Shown piece by piece: positions 28,001-36,919 of a stretch of 64,000 nucleotides of DNA. Each line of letters begins with the position of its first letter. The first letter of the stretch is position 1. The position numbers were made by a program, and so were the translations under genes. Under the pieces are notes generated by a model. The model had not been told where the DNA came from. It saw only the letters and a list, made by a program, of their open reading frames with translations, and did not search any database. The stretch covers positions 419 to 64,418 of the IMG/VR virus record IMGVR_UViG_3300032084_001540; one strand, 5' to 3'. Source of the DNA: a virus (taxonomy: Duplodnaviria; Caudoviricetes).

Positions 28001-30931
28001 ATTCTGACTGAAAGAATCGGCAGTAAATGGAGATATTGTGGGTTTGACACTTGCATTCAAAGCAACAATATGATAAACACCATCCTGAACTGAAGGAATA
28101 TGCTTTCTTACTTCTCTACTTTGGTAGATATAGTAAGTATTGCTATATCTCTTTCTTCTAACATGTGCAGTTTCTTCAATAGTTCTTACAGAAGTATCAT
28201 TGGTAAGATCGCCTGGATCAGTAGAAAGACCGACTGTAAATCCTCTGGCGCTAGTGATTCCAGTAACAATAAAGTCTCTGTTGAATCCAGTAGCAGCAAC
28301 ACCAGTAATGTTTTCAGAACTCTTTGCGTTAATAATTTCGATTGTGTTTCCAACATCAAAACCATGAGGAACTTCAGTTACGATGTTGGCAATATTATTT
28401 GCCCAGTCAGCTTTGGAAACAAATTTAAAGTTTCTCTGATCAGAGAAGTTTGTTATAGATGTCGCAGTAATTTCAGTGTCATCATCTGCTAAAGTATCAC
28501 TAGATTCCTGGATTACATATCCCTCAAGAGGAGGTCTAGCAGAAGAGATGCCAGCTGGAATGACATATCTGAGTTTGTATAAACGATCATCAAGACTTCT
28601 TGAGTCTGGTTGTCTTACAATGAATGATCTTGGAGTGGCAGAACCAAGTCCTGTTGTTCCTACACCAATAGGACCAGCAATGTGAGTGAATAGAGTATTT
28701 TCTGTGCTAGCAGTTCCTACACTAACATACCAATTTCTTTGATTGGTATCGAATTGTACTGGGTGTCCAAGTTCACCAGGAGTCTTATCAGAAACTCTGG
28801 AAATAACCTTTAGAGTTCCACCAAGACTGTTAATGGAAATCTCCTGCCCATTTAATGCTTCATTAAGTGTCTTAGCAATTTTCAGAGAATCTGTTCCAAC
28901 ACCAGAAGTAATTGCAAAGTAAAGAGTATTCTCATCGATTCCGTCTGGAAGCTGACCAGTATCAGACTCAAATCTGACCGTCTCACCCTCAGATAACTGA
29001 TGATACTGATTTAAAGCAATAATATTAGAAGTAATACTATTAACGCCAGACACTCTGCCTACAGTATATCTTTTCTCTGCACTTACCTCATTTGAAGTGT
29101 TTGCTGTGTTACCAAAAATGACCTTAGCGTTATATCTCTGAAGATTGCCAGATACAGGAATCAAGCAGTTAAGATCTTCATTAATCTTTGCACCAAGTCT
29201 ATATCCCTCAATATTCGTTCTAGGAGGAACTTGTGAGTTTGTTTCATTCAGAAGATATAATCTAGAAGTTGAACCAACACCAACTGTTGTTTCTACGTCA
29301 ATAGCAGCAAATTCAAGTGTTTGCTCTTCAATATCTCTAATTTTTGGTGGAATGATGTGGGAAATATAACCGACATCATCTCTACTGAATGCTGATTCTT
29401 TAAATCCCTGTGCTACAAAAGCGTGTGATCCAAAGTTGGAGTTTGAGTTCGTGATGGATTGATCTCCACCAGACTCAGCAAGGAAGTGTTGCTCAAAACC
29501 AACACCAAAGATGTTAACTGCCTGAATAAAGGCATCGTTACTGGTCTTAATGTGGAAGTTTCTATATGCTGGTTTGTAAACAGCAGAAGAATTTGACTGA
29601 ATATTATCAATACTGGTGGAATCATCATAGATGGCACTACCACTATTATATTTGATGAAAGCATCATTATCTTTTTGCAGCGAGATTCCAGTGAATCCAG
29701 CAACAGTCATCGCTTTGAAACCGTCTGCTTTTTTGCCATCAGCGTGCATACCACACATGCCGTAGACAGATCTCATTGTGACATCTTTCACATACGGAGA
29801 TGCTGATGTTACTGTATCGACAGCAAGGCTAATAGTTGCGTTTGCTGGATTTTCAAGGGCAGTACCAGGGTTATTACTCACCTTGTACTGGAACTCGGTT
29901 GTGCTGGTCACACCAGAGACAACCTGCTGACCGTTGTAACCACCTGCGGTGATGCCCTCGACCAGAATAGCAGTATCTACATCAAGTCCCTCTAGAGGAG
30001 CAGATAGGTTGACTGTGACAGTGGTGGTAGCAACGACACCATCACCTGATTTTATACTACTGATGCCAATTTCACCACCGCGTGGTCCAACAATACGATA
30101 TTCATCTACCTTAGTCTGAATATCAACCGTTCCAGCAGGGAAGTCAGGTTCAATGGCACGACCAGAATCTTGGTCATATACGTCTCCAACCTTTTGATAG
30201 TAAACATCCAGGTCAGTTTTTGAGTCAGAGAACTGCAGAATCTCATCATTGATATCAATGTTATTGACACCATCAGCAAATTCAAATAAAGTTAGTTTAT
30301 TGTGAGAGAAGTTAGGTACAAAAGTATTCTCGGTATAATCCTTAAATACTCTTCCGTTTGGATCACCATCAAATACAGTGAACTGAGTAATAAAACATGA
30401 ACCCGTCAGTCTAAAAATTGCTGATCTAGCAATATTATCGTTTGATGGGCTAGGAATAAATCTTGGACGAATCTTTGTCTTTCTTTGATCCAAACCAACA
30501 ATAGAAGTACCACGAGGAATAATTACTCCACCGTGAACAGAGTTAAGTTTATAAAGATCATTACCTGCTGTTGTGACATCAAAGTTAGAGGTCAGAGAAT
30601 ATGGTGTAATAATTAGACCATTTGTTCCTGCCCTATTATAATATCTTACGTTATTTCCTTCCGCATATGGGATCCAACCTGGACGATTATCAACAATATG
30701 ATCTCCTGGATAGAGAACGATAGTTGTTTGGGCAAATCTATCGTTATCTTGACCAGATTGATATGAAAATCTTGCTGCTTCAATTAGGGCTCTTTGGATA
30801 GACTTGAAAGGACGGGTAAGTGAATTACCTTGGTTTTCAATACTATCAGTAGAATCAATATCGTTCGGGTTTACATATAAAACATTTCCCTTAGCATTCT
30901 TCAGGAAGTTTTGTAGACGACTGAGAGGCAT
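25007..30931 (-). CDS. large virion structural / tailspike-like protein
   Basis: MPLSRLQNFLKN...VLYVNP...RPFKSIQRAL start, predicted beta-helix-like region, C-terminal VGIGT repeats; CTAAATA at 30963-30969. Confidence 0.75.
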   Translation of the reverse strand: MPLSRLQNFLKNAKGNVLYVNPNDIDSTDSIENQGNSLTRPFKSIQRALIEAARFSYQSGQDNDRFAQTTIVLYPGDHIVDNRPGWIPYAEGNNVRYYNRAGTNGLIITPYSLTSNFDVTTAGNDLYKLNSVHGGVIIPRGTSIVGLDQRKTKIRPRFIPSPSNDNIARSAIFRLTGSCFITQFTVFDGDPNGRVFKDYTENTFVPNFSHNKLTLFEFADGVNNIDINDEILQFSDSKTDLDVYYQKVGDVYDQDSGRAIEPDFPAGTVDIQTKVDEYRIVGPRGGEIGISSIKSGDGVVATTTVTVNLSAPLEGLDVDTAILVEGITAGGYNGQQVVSGVTSTTEFQYKVSNNPGTALENPANATISLAVDTVTSASPYVKDVTMRSVYGMCGMHADGKKADGFKAMTVAGFTGISLQKDNDAFIKYNSGSAIYDDSTSIDNIQSNSSAVYKPAYRNFHIKTSNDAFIQAVNIFGVGFEQHFLAESGGDQSITNSNSNFGSHAFVAQGFKESAFSRDDVGYISHIIPPKIRDIEEQTLEFAAIDVETTVGVGSTSRLYLLNETNSQVPPRTNIEGYRLGAKINEDLNCLIPVSGNLQRYNAKVIFGNTANTSNEVSAEKRYTVGRVSGVNSITSNIIALNQYHQLSEGETVRFESDTGQLPDGIDENTLYFAITSGVGTDSLKIAKTLNEALNGQEISINSLGGTLKVISRVSDKTPGELGHPVQFDTNQRNWYVSVGTASTENTLFTHIAGPIGVGTTGLGSATPRSFIVRQPDSRSLDDRLYKLRYVIPAGISSARPPLEGYVIQESSDTLADDDTEITATSITNFSDQRNFKFVSKADWANNIANIVTEVPHGFDVGNTIEIINAKSSENITGVAATGFNRDFIVTGITSARGFTVGLSTDPGDLTNDTSVRTIEETAHVRRKRYSNTYYIYQSREVRKHIPSVQDGVYHIVALNASVKPTISPFTADSFSQNVSDLFPQVDRDNPTSDPTESKSFAKSGLIGKVVTNDLTKSITKETAIKFWKDSGVGIALTNIHSNVVTGTGHTLWVRPDHGLNGVTAVSIASSGAGYGSGSAGDVFNVELVGNDVGINALAKVTVDAVGGITNVTITDAGSAWGIGQTANLISGITTTGFAQASVQVTGINTNYGDGIRISGIKSESYRGYNELYQITGITTRSIRVSSASSVINCVTSLGSTIVSDASASVTGQSVGINSITYDPRSGVATITSGGNHGLTANNVIRIVGTAATTFNNDVPVLDVVGVTTFTTRIGVGSELPFVATLLDSDSKVLRTGFAAQDGNITNNEENTGGRMVPIYAGITTTLAATIPNTSATTISVTNFSSSGLRKGDFIIVDDEIMRISNDSGSSVFRGTLGTKSSSHQVNSTIRKIKVIPSEVRRVSLNRSSGHTFEYLGFGPGNYSTSLPSKQDKVLSGVERLLSQSVDRDGGKNVYTGMDNEGNFYIGNVKTNPQTGKDETFNTPVPTVKGENITLGEEEVGFDILTPDEVNVTRKISVTGGEDSDILSEFDGPVVFSKKVTFNGKNGIEANSIFIQGDATISRNVGISTTTPTIAGSPGDVKFFASPSAGGYAGWVYTVDNDWYRFANVSTSSTENVSQLDRLGIASAAGPGAAELVIGLDNVEEYSAGYDAAQRDGLIVAIGGSLGIGTTRPDFDLHVANNIFAAGFITATTYLYGDGSRINNLPNDSLWVPNDTVGGAKIGVHTIADRFVGIGSTQPDASLSIGLSTTSTDKAFVIKSGFTTEFVGVDTNGRVGILKPNPQGLLDIGGQFISTQFSLDGSSGIGTIFAGIVTASESLYVGQGNTTAISAGSTGHVGVGTSGTRADLDVDGRVRFKSHFQPAHPTSIVNNVVSIELDQANTFTLSVVDAVTNFQLSNPPGEASNFTVKVVQDAIGHQVGIDSFKDADGNIIPVYWSNGIVPQVSVGVNQEDIYSFFTFDGGASLYGVTGGQNFS

Positions 30932-30962
30932 CGGTTTATTACGAACAGGATGGTGCTTTTCT

Positions 30963-30995
30963 TATTTAGACGGGTAAGAAAGACGAAAATAAATA
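30963..30995. promoter_or_regulatory. divergent late promoters
   Basis: CTAAATA on minus (30963-30969) and ATAAATA on plus (30989-30995) between divergent genes. Confidence 0.65.
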
Positions 30996-31016
30996 TGTGC
31001 ATATAGAAGATGTAAA

Positions 31017-31805
31017 ATGCCCGAAATACCAGATATATCAAATAACGATATTAGTATCAGATCGATCCAAATAAAGGATGTAAATAATTGGATATTATCT
31101 CCATCACAATCTATTCCACCTGTAGTCCCAGTGACGCAAGTGATCGGACTTCCCATTGTCAACATACCTGGATGTGTTGAGGCAACTGAAACTAATAGTT
31201 CTAAAAATAATCAACTACGTGAGGATGATCCAAATGGCACCGTTACATTTTGCGATTCTGGAGTGCCAAGTTTCAGTACTATAAATTATGAACCAGACCA
31301 GATGGTGTTCACTGGAGAGGCAAAAGTTCCAAATGTGAAACCACCAGAAGCACCTAAAACATCAGGTATAAAACCAGTACCAGTGCCTTCAACACCACCG
31401 ATGACCGCAAAGCAAGAATGCCCAACCAGGGAGCAGCAACTAAAAAACCCTATAGGAAAAGTCCTTAAGGGTAATAAAAAGATTACTGGATATGAGTTGG
31501 TTGGCAAAGAATGTCTAATGGTTACAGAAGATTTGACCATTCCAGATCAGATAATTGGTAGTATACCAAATGCAGGAATGGTGACAACTACAGCATCTAT
31601 TGCCCTTGTGGCAACGACCTCGGCACTGCTTGCAAAACCTCTTGCTGACCTTTTGTTAAAAGTGGTGAAACCGACTGTGAAGAAGGTAGTGAAGAAGATT
31701 GCCTCCTTACGGGGTAAGAAGATCCAGGTATTGTCGAAAGTGGAGCGCCAATCTGAGCAGAGGATACGGAATCACGCGATTCGTCAACTGCGGGGGAAGG
31801 AATAG
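31017..31805 (+). CDS. Pro-rich protein with C-terminal membrane anchor
   Basis: Two Cys pairs; hydrophobic TTASIALVATTSALLA followed by a basic tail. Confidence 0.75.
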   Translation: MPEIPDISNNDISIRSIQIKDVNNWILSPSQSIPPVVPVTQVIGLPIVNIPGCVEATETNSSKNNQLREDDPNGTVTFCDSGVPSFSTINYEPDQMVFTGEAKVPNVKPPEAPKTSGIKPVPVPSTPPMTAKQECPTREQQLKNPIGKVLKGNKKITGYELVGKECLMVTEDLTIPDQIIGSIPNAGMVTTTASIALVATTSALLAKPLADLLLKVVKPTVKKVVKKIASLRGKKIQVLSKVERQSEQRIRNHAIRQLRGKE

Positions 31806-32613
31806 TATGTCTATGTTGAGGAACGATACCTCCAGGGTTCGTAACAACCACATCCGCACACACTTTATGATATGGAGACTTCTTGTGGAAATAGATGCCC
31901 TCCTTCTTGAGTTGTCCACAATTCTTGAGTCTGGCAAGCTCAAAATCTAATCTTTTATTAGCATTCTGTTGTTGCATCAATGCAATATTTGCTCGTGCTG
32001 CATCTTTACAAAGTTCTTGTGCCGTCTTATCTAAAGGTGTGGACCATGTGATAGAAAACCCTACACCTAGACTGTAGTTATCTTTCTGTCCTGTCCTAGT
32101 TTTCTTGGTGAATAATATGTCACCAGGATTGTCAATAATACCGTCCCCAATGTCATTCCCATCAGCATCTAAGGCACCAAAGTTATCGCTGACATCATAT
32201 ACTGGATCGTCAAAGTAAGGTTCATATGGTTTAGAAGCAGACGCACTTCCTGTTACATAAGGGGTGAAGTTGCGAGTTGCACCCTGACACTGGATTCCAG
32301 CTCCATAAGTGTTAGTAATATATGGACCTTGTAAAACCTGAATGGCTTGATTGGTAACTGAGCCAGAGCTATTCGCAACGGGTGATGCTGTTGCCGATAC
32401 GCCTCCAATGGTTTCAGCATTAACTGGTGATGCTACAAGAGCAGCAACTACTGGGAGAAAATACTTGTAGTGTCGGTTGCGCTTTCGACCTCCGTTACTC
32501 TTTGAATAATTGTTTGATTTTGAAGACCTGGACCAGAGTAAGTTTCTGTAAACTGAAACGCTGCCCCTGGCACTGTTTGCACGAACACTGGTTTGCTCGT
32601 TATTCCTGTCCAT
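31597..32613 (-). CDS. putative secreted protein (start uncertain)
   Basis: Signal-like KYFLPVVAALVASPVNA/E followed by VSATASPVANSSGSVTNQAIQ. Confidence 0.7.
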   Translation of the reverse strand: MDRNNEQTSVRANSARGSVSVYRNLLWSRSSKSNNYSKSNGGRKRNRHYKYFLPVVAALVASPVNAETIGGVSATASPVANSSGSVTNQAIQVLQGPYITNTYGAGIQCQGATRNFTPYVTGSASASKPYEPYFDDPVYDVSDNFGALDADGNDIGDGIIDNPGDILFTKKTRTGQKDNYSLGVGFSITWSTPLDKTAQELCKDAARANIALMQQQNANKRLDFELARLKNCGQLKKEGIYFHKKSPYHKVCADVVVTNPGGIVPQHRHTIPSPAVDESRDSVSSAQIGAPLSTIPGSSYPVRRQSSSLPSSQSVSPLLTKGQQEVLQAVPRSLPQGQ

Positions 32614-32885
32614 GAAGATGTCACTCCATCAATAGTTACATTAGTTGCCCCAGTTGTAGGGGATAAATTTCCATTCACTGTGATACCACTACCAGTAGCA
32701 GAATACTGATACCCAGTGTTATAGTCCATCGAATTTATGGTCTCAGTTATCTTCTGAGTGGTCTCAGTTCTTGAGGTCATAGACCCTTGGGTAAAATTTG
32801 GGACCACGGGGACTGCAGATGCAGCAACCCCATGGAGAGCACCAAGAATCAACCCGAGACCGATTGCTTCTTGAAACCTAGTCAT
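32448..32885 (-). CDS. putative secreted beta-rich protein
   Basis: Signal-like N-terminus ending in ASA; T/S/G-rich mature region. Confidence 0.75.
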   Translation of the reverse strand: MTRFQEAIGLGLILGALHGVAASAVPVVPNFTQGSMTSRTETTQKITETINSMDYNTGYQYSATGSGITVNGNLSPTTGATNVTIDGVTSSWTGITSKPVFVQTVPGAAFQFTETYSGPGLQNQTIIQRVTEVESATDTTSIFSQ

Positions 32886-32888
32886 GAT

Positions 32889-33377
32889 TTACTTAACGTA
32901 GATTTCAGACACAAATTGACCCGTTGCAGACGTGCCTGCCCCGCCTGCAGTCAAGGACATAGAGCCAGCAGAATCGATGCTACCAGCGAGAGTACCAGCC
33001 ACGCCACCAGCAGTGGTTGTGACACTTCCAAACGCGGGCAAGGAGGGAGCGACACCACTAGTGATGGTTGTATTACTTGGAATTGCGTCTCCTGCATTGA
33101 ATGCTTCTGTAAAGGAGAATGCAGATCCGTCTGTTGTTTGTGAGTATGAACCTGCGGACAGAGTTGCCGCTGCGGTTGTGCTTCCAGGTGCCGTAAGTCC
33201 ACCCAAAGTGGAAGCTGAGATGTTAGAACCACTTACAGAGTATGATGAACCTAGTCTAGTTGCTTGAGATGCAGCTGCATCAACTGTCAACTGAACACTA
33301 GTCGATAGTTTAGTAGTAATATCGGCATGTGCAGGTGCCGTCATCAGAATCATTACAAAAGGCAAGAACCTTTTCAT
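32889..33377 (-). CDS. putative secreted S/T/A/G-rich fimbrial-like protein
   Basis: MKRFLPFVMILMTAPAHA/D signal peptide; ATAAATA at 33404-33410. Confidence 0.7.
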   Translation of the reverse strand: MKRFLPFVMILMTAPAHADITTKLSTSVQLTVDAAASQATRLGSSYSVSGSNISASTLGGLTAPGSTTAAATLSAGSYSQTTDGSAFSFTEAFNAGDAIPSNTTITSGVAPSLPAFGSVTTTAGGVAGTLAGSIDSAGSMSLTAGGAGTSATGQFVSEIYVK

Positions 33378-33409
33378 TTAAAAACGAGTCTACACTGTTG
33401 ATTTATTTA

Positions 33410-33994
33410 TCAAGCTCCATGTTTGACTGCTTGCTCTAAAGAGACTTTACCATTTTTAGGAAGCATGACCATATTGGCAGCAAATGTCTTTCTCGTCTCA
33501 TCACTGTTATGTGGTGTAACACCATGGCACATATAAGATGGGAAAAATATAATATCACCTGCTTTGATTTCTGGATACACAGCAGTGCTAAATCCCATTG
33601 CTTGACACCAAGATTCTGTTGTCTGAATGAGATTTCTATCCCAAAAGTAAAATTCAGAAAAATCTGGACCGTCGTTTAAATAGAACACACAGGAGAGATC
33701 ATTTCCACCATGATCATGAACTTCTTGAAAGAATCCTCTATTGTAAAAATTCAACCAAGGATGTGAGAGAATGAAACTCATCTCCTCCTTAAAATTCTTC
33801 TTAACAATGTTTATACTCGGCGTCAGATATTGAGCATACTCTTTCCAATTTAATTTTGTTCTTTCTATCTTACATGCGTCACCCCATGTATAATCATCGT
33901 TCTTATTAGGGACAGAGTTTAGTTTATCAATAAATTGTTGTGCATTTGGTGCTTGAAACTTCCAATAAAAATTTGTTTCAAAAATAGTTTTCAT
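33410..33994 (-). CDS. 2OG-Fe(II) oxygenase (TIGR02466-like)
   Basis: WLNFY..GFFQEVHDH...LSCVFY...GDIIFFPSYMCHGV...RKTFAAN. Confidence 0.85.
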   Translation of the reverse strand: MKTIFETNFYWKFQAPNAQQFIDKLNSVPNKNDDYTWGDACKIERTKLNWKEYAQYLTPSINIVKKNFKEEMSFILSHPWLNFYNRGFFQEVHDHGGNDLSCVFYLNDGPDFSEFYFWDRNLIQTTESWCQAMGFSTAVYPEIKAGDIIFFPSYMCHGVTPHNSDETRKTFAANMVMLPKNGKVSLEQAVKHGA

Positions 33995-34188
33995 TAAATG
34001 CTGATATCGGAGTATACAAGTTCTTCATCAAGAACATCACGAACAAACGAATGTACTCTCATAAATTGATCAGTGGTATCACAAGTTATTTTTTTAGTTT
34101 CACCATCGCTCGAATAGAGATAAAAAGTCTTTGCAGGAACATTGACCACACAACGGGTCAAATACACATCATTGTCTGTGAGATCCAT
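33994..34188 (-). CDS. hypothetical protein
   Basis: 64-aa ORF overlapping both neighbours. Confidence 0.65.
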   Translation of the reverse strand: MDLTDNDVYLTRCVVNVPAKTFYLYSSDGETKKITCDTTDQFMRVHSFVRDVLDEELVYSDISI

Positions 34189-34573
34189 GATTTAGATAGT
34201 TTTTGACTTCTGTAGTATAGGACGGATGGGGTCTGGTGTCAAGAGCTCCATGCATCTTTTTAGTAAGTGTCACACGCTCCTCTCCCATGATCATGTCCAC
34301 CATTCCAAGTTCATATTCTTGTCTGGTAACGACATAGAACCATGACTCAAAAAAACCATTTTGCTGTAATTTGGTCATTCTATGGACACCATCCTCTAGA
34401 AGATAGTATCCGTTTTCAAAATCAATAACAATTCCTGGATATTTTGTCTCAGCTGCATCAACTATTTCTTGATGGATTGCTTTAGGATAACAAATTTTCC
34501 AATGAGGAATTAAAACTGCTTTTCTGTCATCATTAACTACTTTGTACGCTTTAGATGATTCCATCATACTCAT
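34169..34573 (-). CDS. hypothetical protein with ParB/Srx-like DGxHR motif
   Basis: PGIVI...YLLEDGVHR; start uncertain. Confidence 0.5.
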   Translation of the reverse strand: MSMMESSKAYKVVNDDRKAVLIPHWKICYPKAIHQEIVDAAETKYPGIVIDFENGYYLLEDGVHRMTKLQQNGFFESWFYVVTRQEYELGMVDMIMGEERVTLTKKMHGALDTRPHPSYTTEVKNYLNHGSHRQ

Positions 34574-35459
34574 CCAATTGCATCACTTCTTTAGCAGTAT
34601 TTAATCTTTGTTTCTCAGCATTATTGCGAGCGATATTTCTATTGGATGCGTGAATTGCGATCTCAAAGTCTGTCTTGACATCTTTAATTTTTGAAAGTCC
34701 CTCAAGTTTGTCTGGATTTTGCAGCAGTCCTTGTCTCAGGACTATAATCTCATTTGCAAGAGTCGTGATTGATGACAAACAAGCAGCACAATATGTATTA
34801 TTGCCTTGAAGTGCGAAAGGAGCAGATGCGATTGTCTCATAAACAACAGTCGTGGTTCCAGCAACTCCAGTTACACTGTTGATTCCTGTATGGGTGGCAA
34901 GATCTTTGCCGTAGTAATGTCCCAAGTTTGTGACCGCAGAGTGACTGATGCCCCCTTGATCAGTGTCAACGCCCTTGGTAAAAGCGTAATCTGATCCAAA
35001 GGTTGTTCCAGTTTCGATACCACTATTCTGAAACTTACCAACAAACAAATAAGTTGTTACTCCGATACCAGATGATGCGTTTAAGACAATGCTGGTATCA
35101 GCATATAGATTGTCAACGTTGGCGTCATCAATATCATCAAACTTGAATGTAGCTAACTCATCCTCACGGATTCTAAATCTACCTCCTGTATAACTATTAT
35201 CCGTAGTTGTCCCAGAACCGCATCCAAGTTGATTAGCAGTTTGTCCAATCTGCAGAATTTGTGCCTTCTTCGTGTTGATCAGAGCAACATCAGTTTTGAT
35301 CGAATCCTCAATCTTCTCAGCTGGATGCTTAAAATTGTCTCTAGTCGTACTAAACGCTGGGATTGATTGAGTGCTGGTGGTTGTATTGATATCCGTTAGG
35401 ATGCCAACCTGAGTTTCGCAATGCTGAATCGCGTTAGATGAAAAAGTAGAGATTGCCAT
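34551..35459 (-). CDS. hypothetical (probably structural) protein
   Basis: 302 aa, helical ends and a T/G-rich middle. Confidence 0.65.
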   Translation of the reverse strand: MAISTFSSNAIQHCETQVGILTDINTTTSTQSIPAFSTTRDNFKHPAEKIEDSIKTDVALINTKKAQILQIGQTANQLGCGSGTTTDNSYTGGRFRIREDELATFKFDDIDDANVDNLYADTSIVLNASSGIGVTTYLFVGKFQNSGIETGTTFGSDYAFTKGVDTDQGGISHSAVTNLGHYYGKDLATHTGINSVTGVAGTTTVVYETIASAPFALQGNNTYCAACLSSITTLANEIIVLRQGLLQNPDKLEGLSKIKDVKTDFEIAIHASNRNIARNNAEKQRLNTAKEVMQLDEYDGII

Positions 35460-36143
35460 TTAGAGTTGTCTCCATTGTGTGGGATGTGTGCATCCTTGGT
35501 GATGATTAAGATGTTCTGGCTTCAATGTAATTCTGATGTCTCCAGCAACTACAACACGCTCTCCACCTCTGTCTTCATAAAACTTTTGAGTGTAGTGATA
35601 TGTCTTACTAGGCATGATCACTATAGTTCCTTCGGCAGGAGTGATACTATATGTATTACAGTTGTAAATGTTTTGTTCTGTGATTAGATTATTTTTTCCC
35701 GAATCAAATACAGATTCTATAAACTCGTTCTGATTTGACTTCTGTTGAATAATCAGTCTATCAGATTGCGGATTTGTCTTCACATAATATATGAAACTCA
35801 GGTTTGCTTCATTATGAAAGTGTGGACTCAGAGATGGTGTCTCATTATCTTGATGCAGAGTCACCCAAGATTTTGTGACCAGAGCATTCAGTTTTTCAAA
35901 GTCTACTTGCATTGAATTTAGATAGCAGAAGACTGCTTCTTTAACTCCAGTAAACATGTCACGATAAGTATCATCATGATGGAGAAGAATACGTCCAGAG
36001 TATTCAGGACTCTCATTCTCATATCCATTGAACCAATACTTCTTAAGTTCCTCTAGGTGAGCATTCTTAAAGTTTTCATGTCCTTCAAAAATATGCTGAT
36101 ATATTACGAGAGGAAATAATGTATGAACTTTTCCTTGGGGCAT
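35460..36143 (-). CDS. 2OG-Fe(II) oxygenase (TIGR02466-like)
   Basis: LFPL start; SWV...PHFH...LSFIYY...EGTIVIMPS..YH...RVVVAGD. Confidence 0.8.
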   Translation of the reverse strand: MPQGKVHTLFPLVIYQHIFEGHENFKNAHLEELKKYWFNGYENESPEYSGRILLHHDDTYRDMFTGVKEAVFCYLNSMQVDFEKLNALVTKSWVTLHQDNETPSLSPHFHNEANLSFIYYVKTNPQSDRLIIQQKSNQNEFIESVFDSGKNNLITEQNIYNCNTYSITPAEGTIVIMPSKTYHYTQKFYEDRGGERVVVAGDIRITLKPEHLNHHQGCTHPTQWRQL

Positions 36144-36919
36144 CAGTCTGCGTTCACAATATACTCATCATTATCGCCTGGATAGTCTCCTGGTGTCAAG
36201 CCCTCATATTCAGGAATAACAACAGAAACATCTTTACGAACTCCAGTGACTGTATAATAACAAGAGATATGTCCACCAGCATTGTTTTGAATCTTAATCT
36301 GATTTCCCCACTTGATTTCTTTAAAGAATAACTCTTGGTATGATCCAATAGGAGTTAAGTGAACACTAATGGTCTCAGTATCAACCAGATCTCTCCAATA
36401 TTCTGGAAGGTGTATAATATTTGTTCCTTCAATCTTTCCTCTGGTGTAGACAGCAGCTTCAGGTCCCTCAATACAAACATGTCTCAGTCTTTTATTCTTT
36501 TCAGATGGGTGAGGGATATCAAAACTCTTCTTACTGCTAGCAAGTGATTTATTTGATGCAATGTCTGCATTGATCTTAGAAATAGTCGGACTCGTAATAG
36601 TTCCAGTAAAAATTGCGTTAGCAAGACCAGTAAGGTTTCTATCAATCACCATCTCACCCTTGACTAGGGTCATATTAGTACCAAGAGTCAGAGTGGCAAG
36701 AAATCCACCGTTCAAATCAATAAAACAGTTGGTTACGTCAGTTCCTGCTGCTCTAAATGTAGCAATTGTGCTCTCTGTTTGACAGAGGTTACATGAAATG
36801 TGAGCAACGTTCTGGAAGAAATATCCAGTAGGGATATCCATGGAAGGAGTCTGTTGCCAGATATTGCCAGAGTTTCCATCACCAGGACCACTGACAACAC
36901 CAAAATTCTTAATAGTCAT
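36143..36919 (-). CDS. baseplate/spike-associated protein with C-terminal FxIxHP...EGPE domain
   Basis: KSFDIPHPS...LRHVCIEGPE..VYTRG; paralogous to 36916-37608. Confidence 0.65.
   Translation of the reverse strand: MTIKNFGVVSGPGDGNSGNIWQQTPSMDIPTGYFFQNVAHISCNLCQTESTIATFRAAGTDVTNCFIDLNGGFLATLTLGTNMTLVKGEMVIDRNLTGLANAIFTGTITSPTISKINADIASNKSLASSKKSFDIPHPSEKNKRLRHVCIEGPEAAVYTRGKIEGTNIIHLPEYWRDLVDTETISVHLTPIGSYQELFFKEIKWGNQIKIQNNAGGHISCYYTVTGVRKDVSVVIPEYEGLTPGDYPGDNDEYIVNAD

Noticed and set aside
8792-30000. Many plus-strand ORFs of 60-211 aa opposite the tail genes
   Set aside because: They are antisense shadows of long Gly/Thr/Val-rich genes, with no recognisable motifs or ribosome-binding sites
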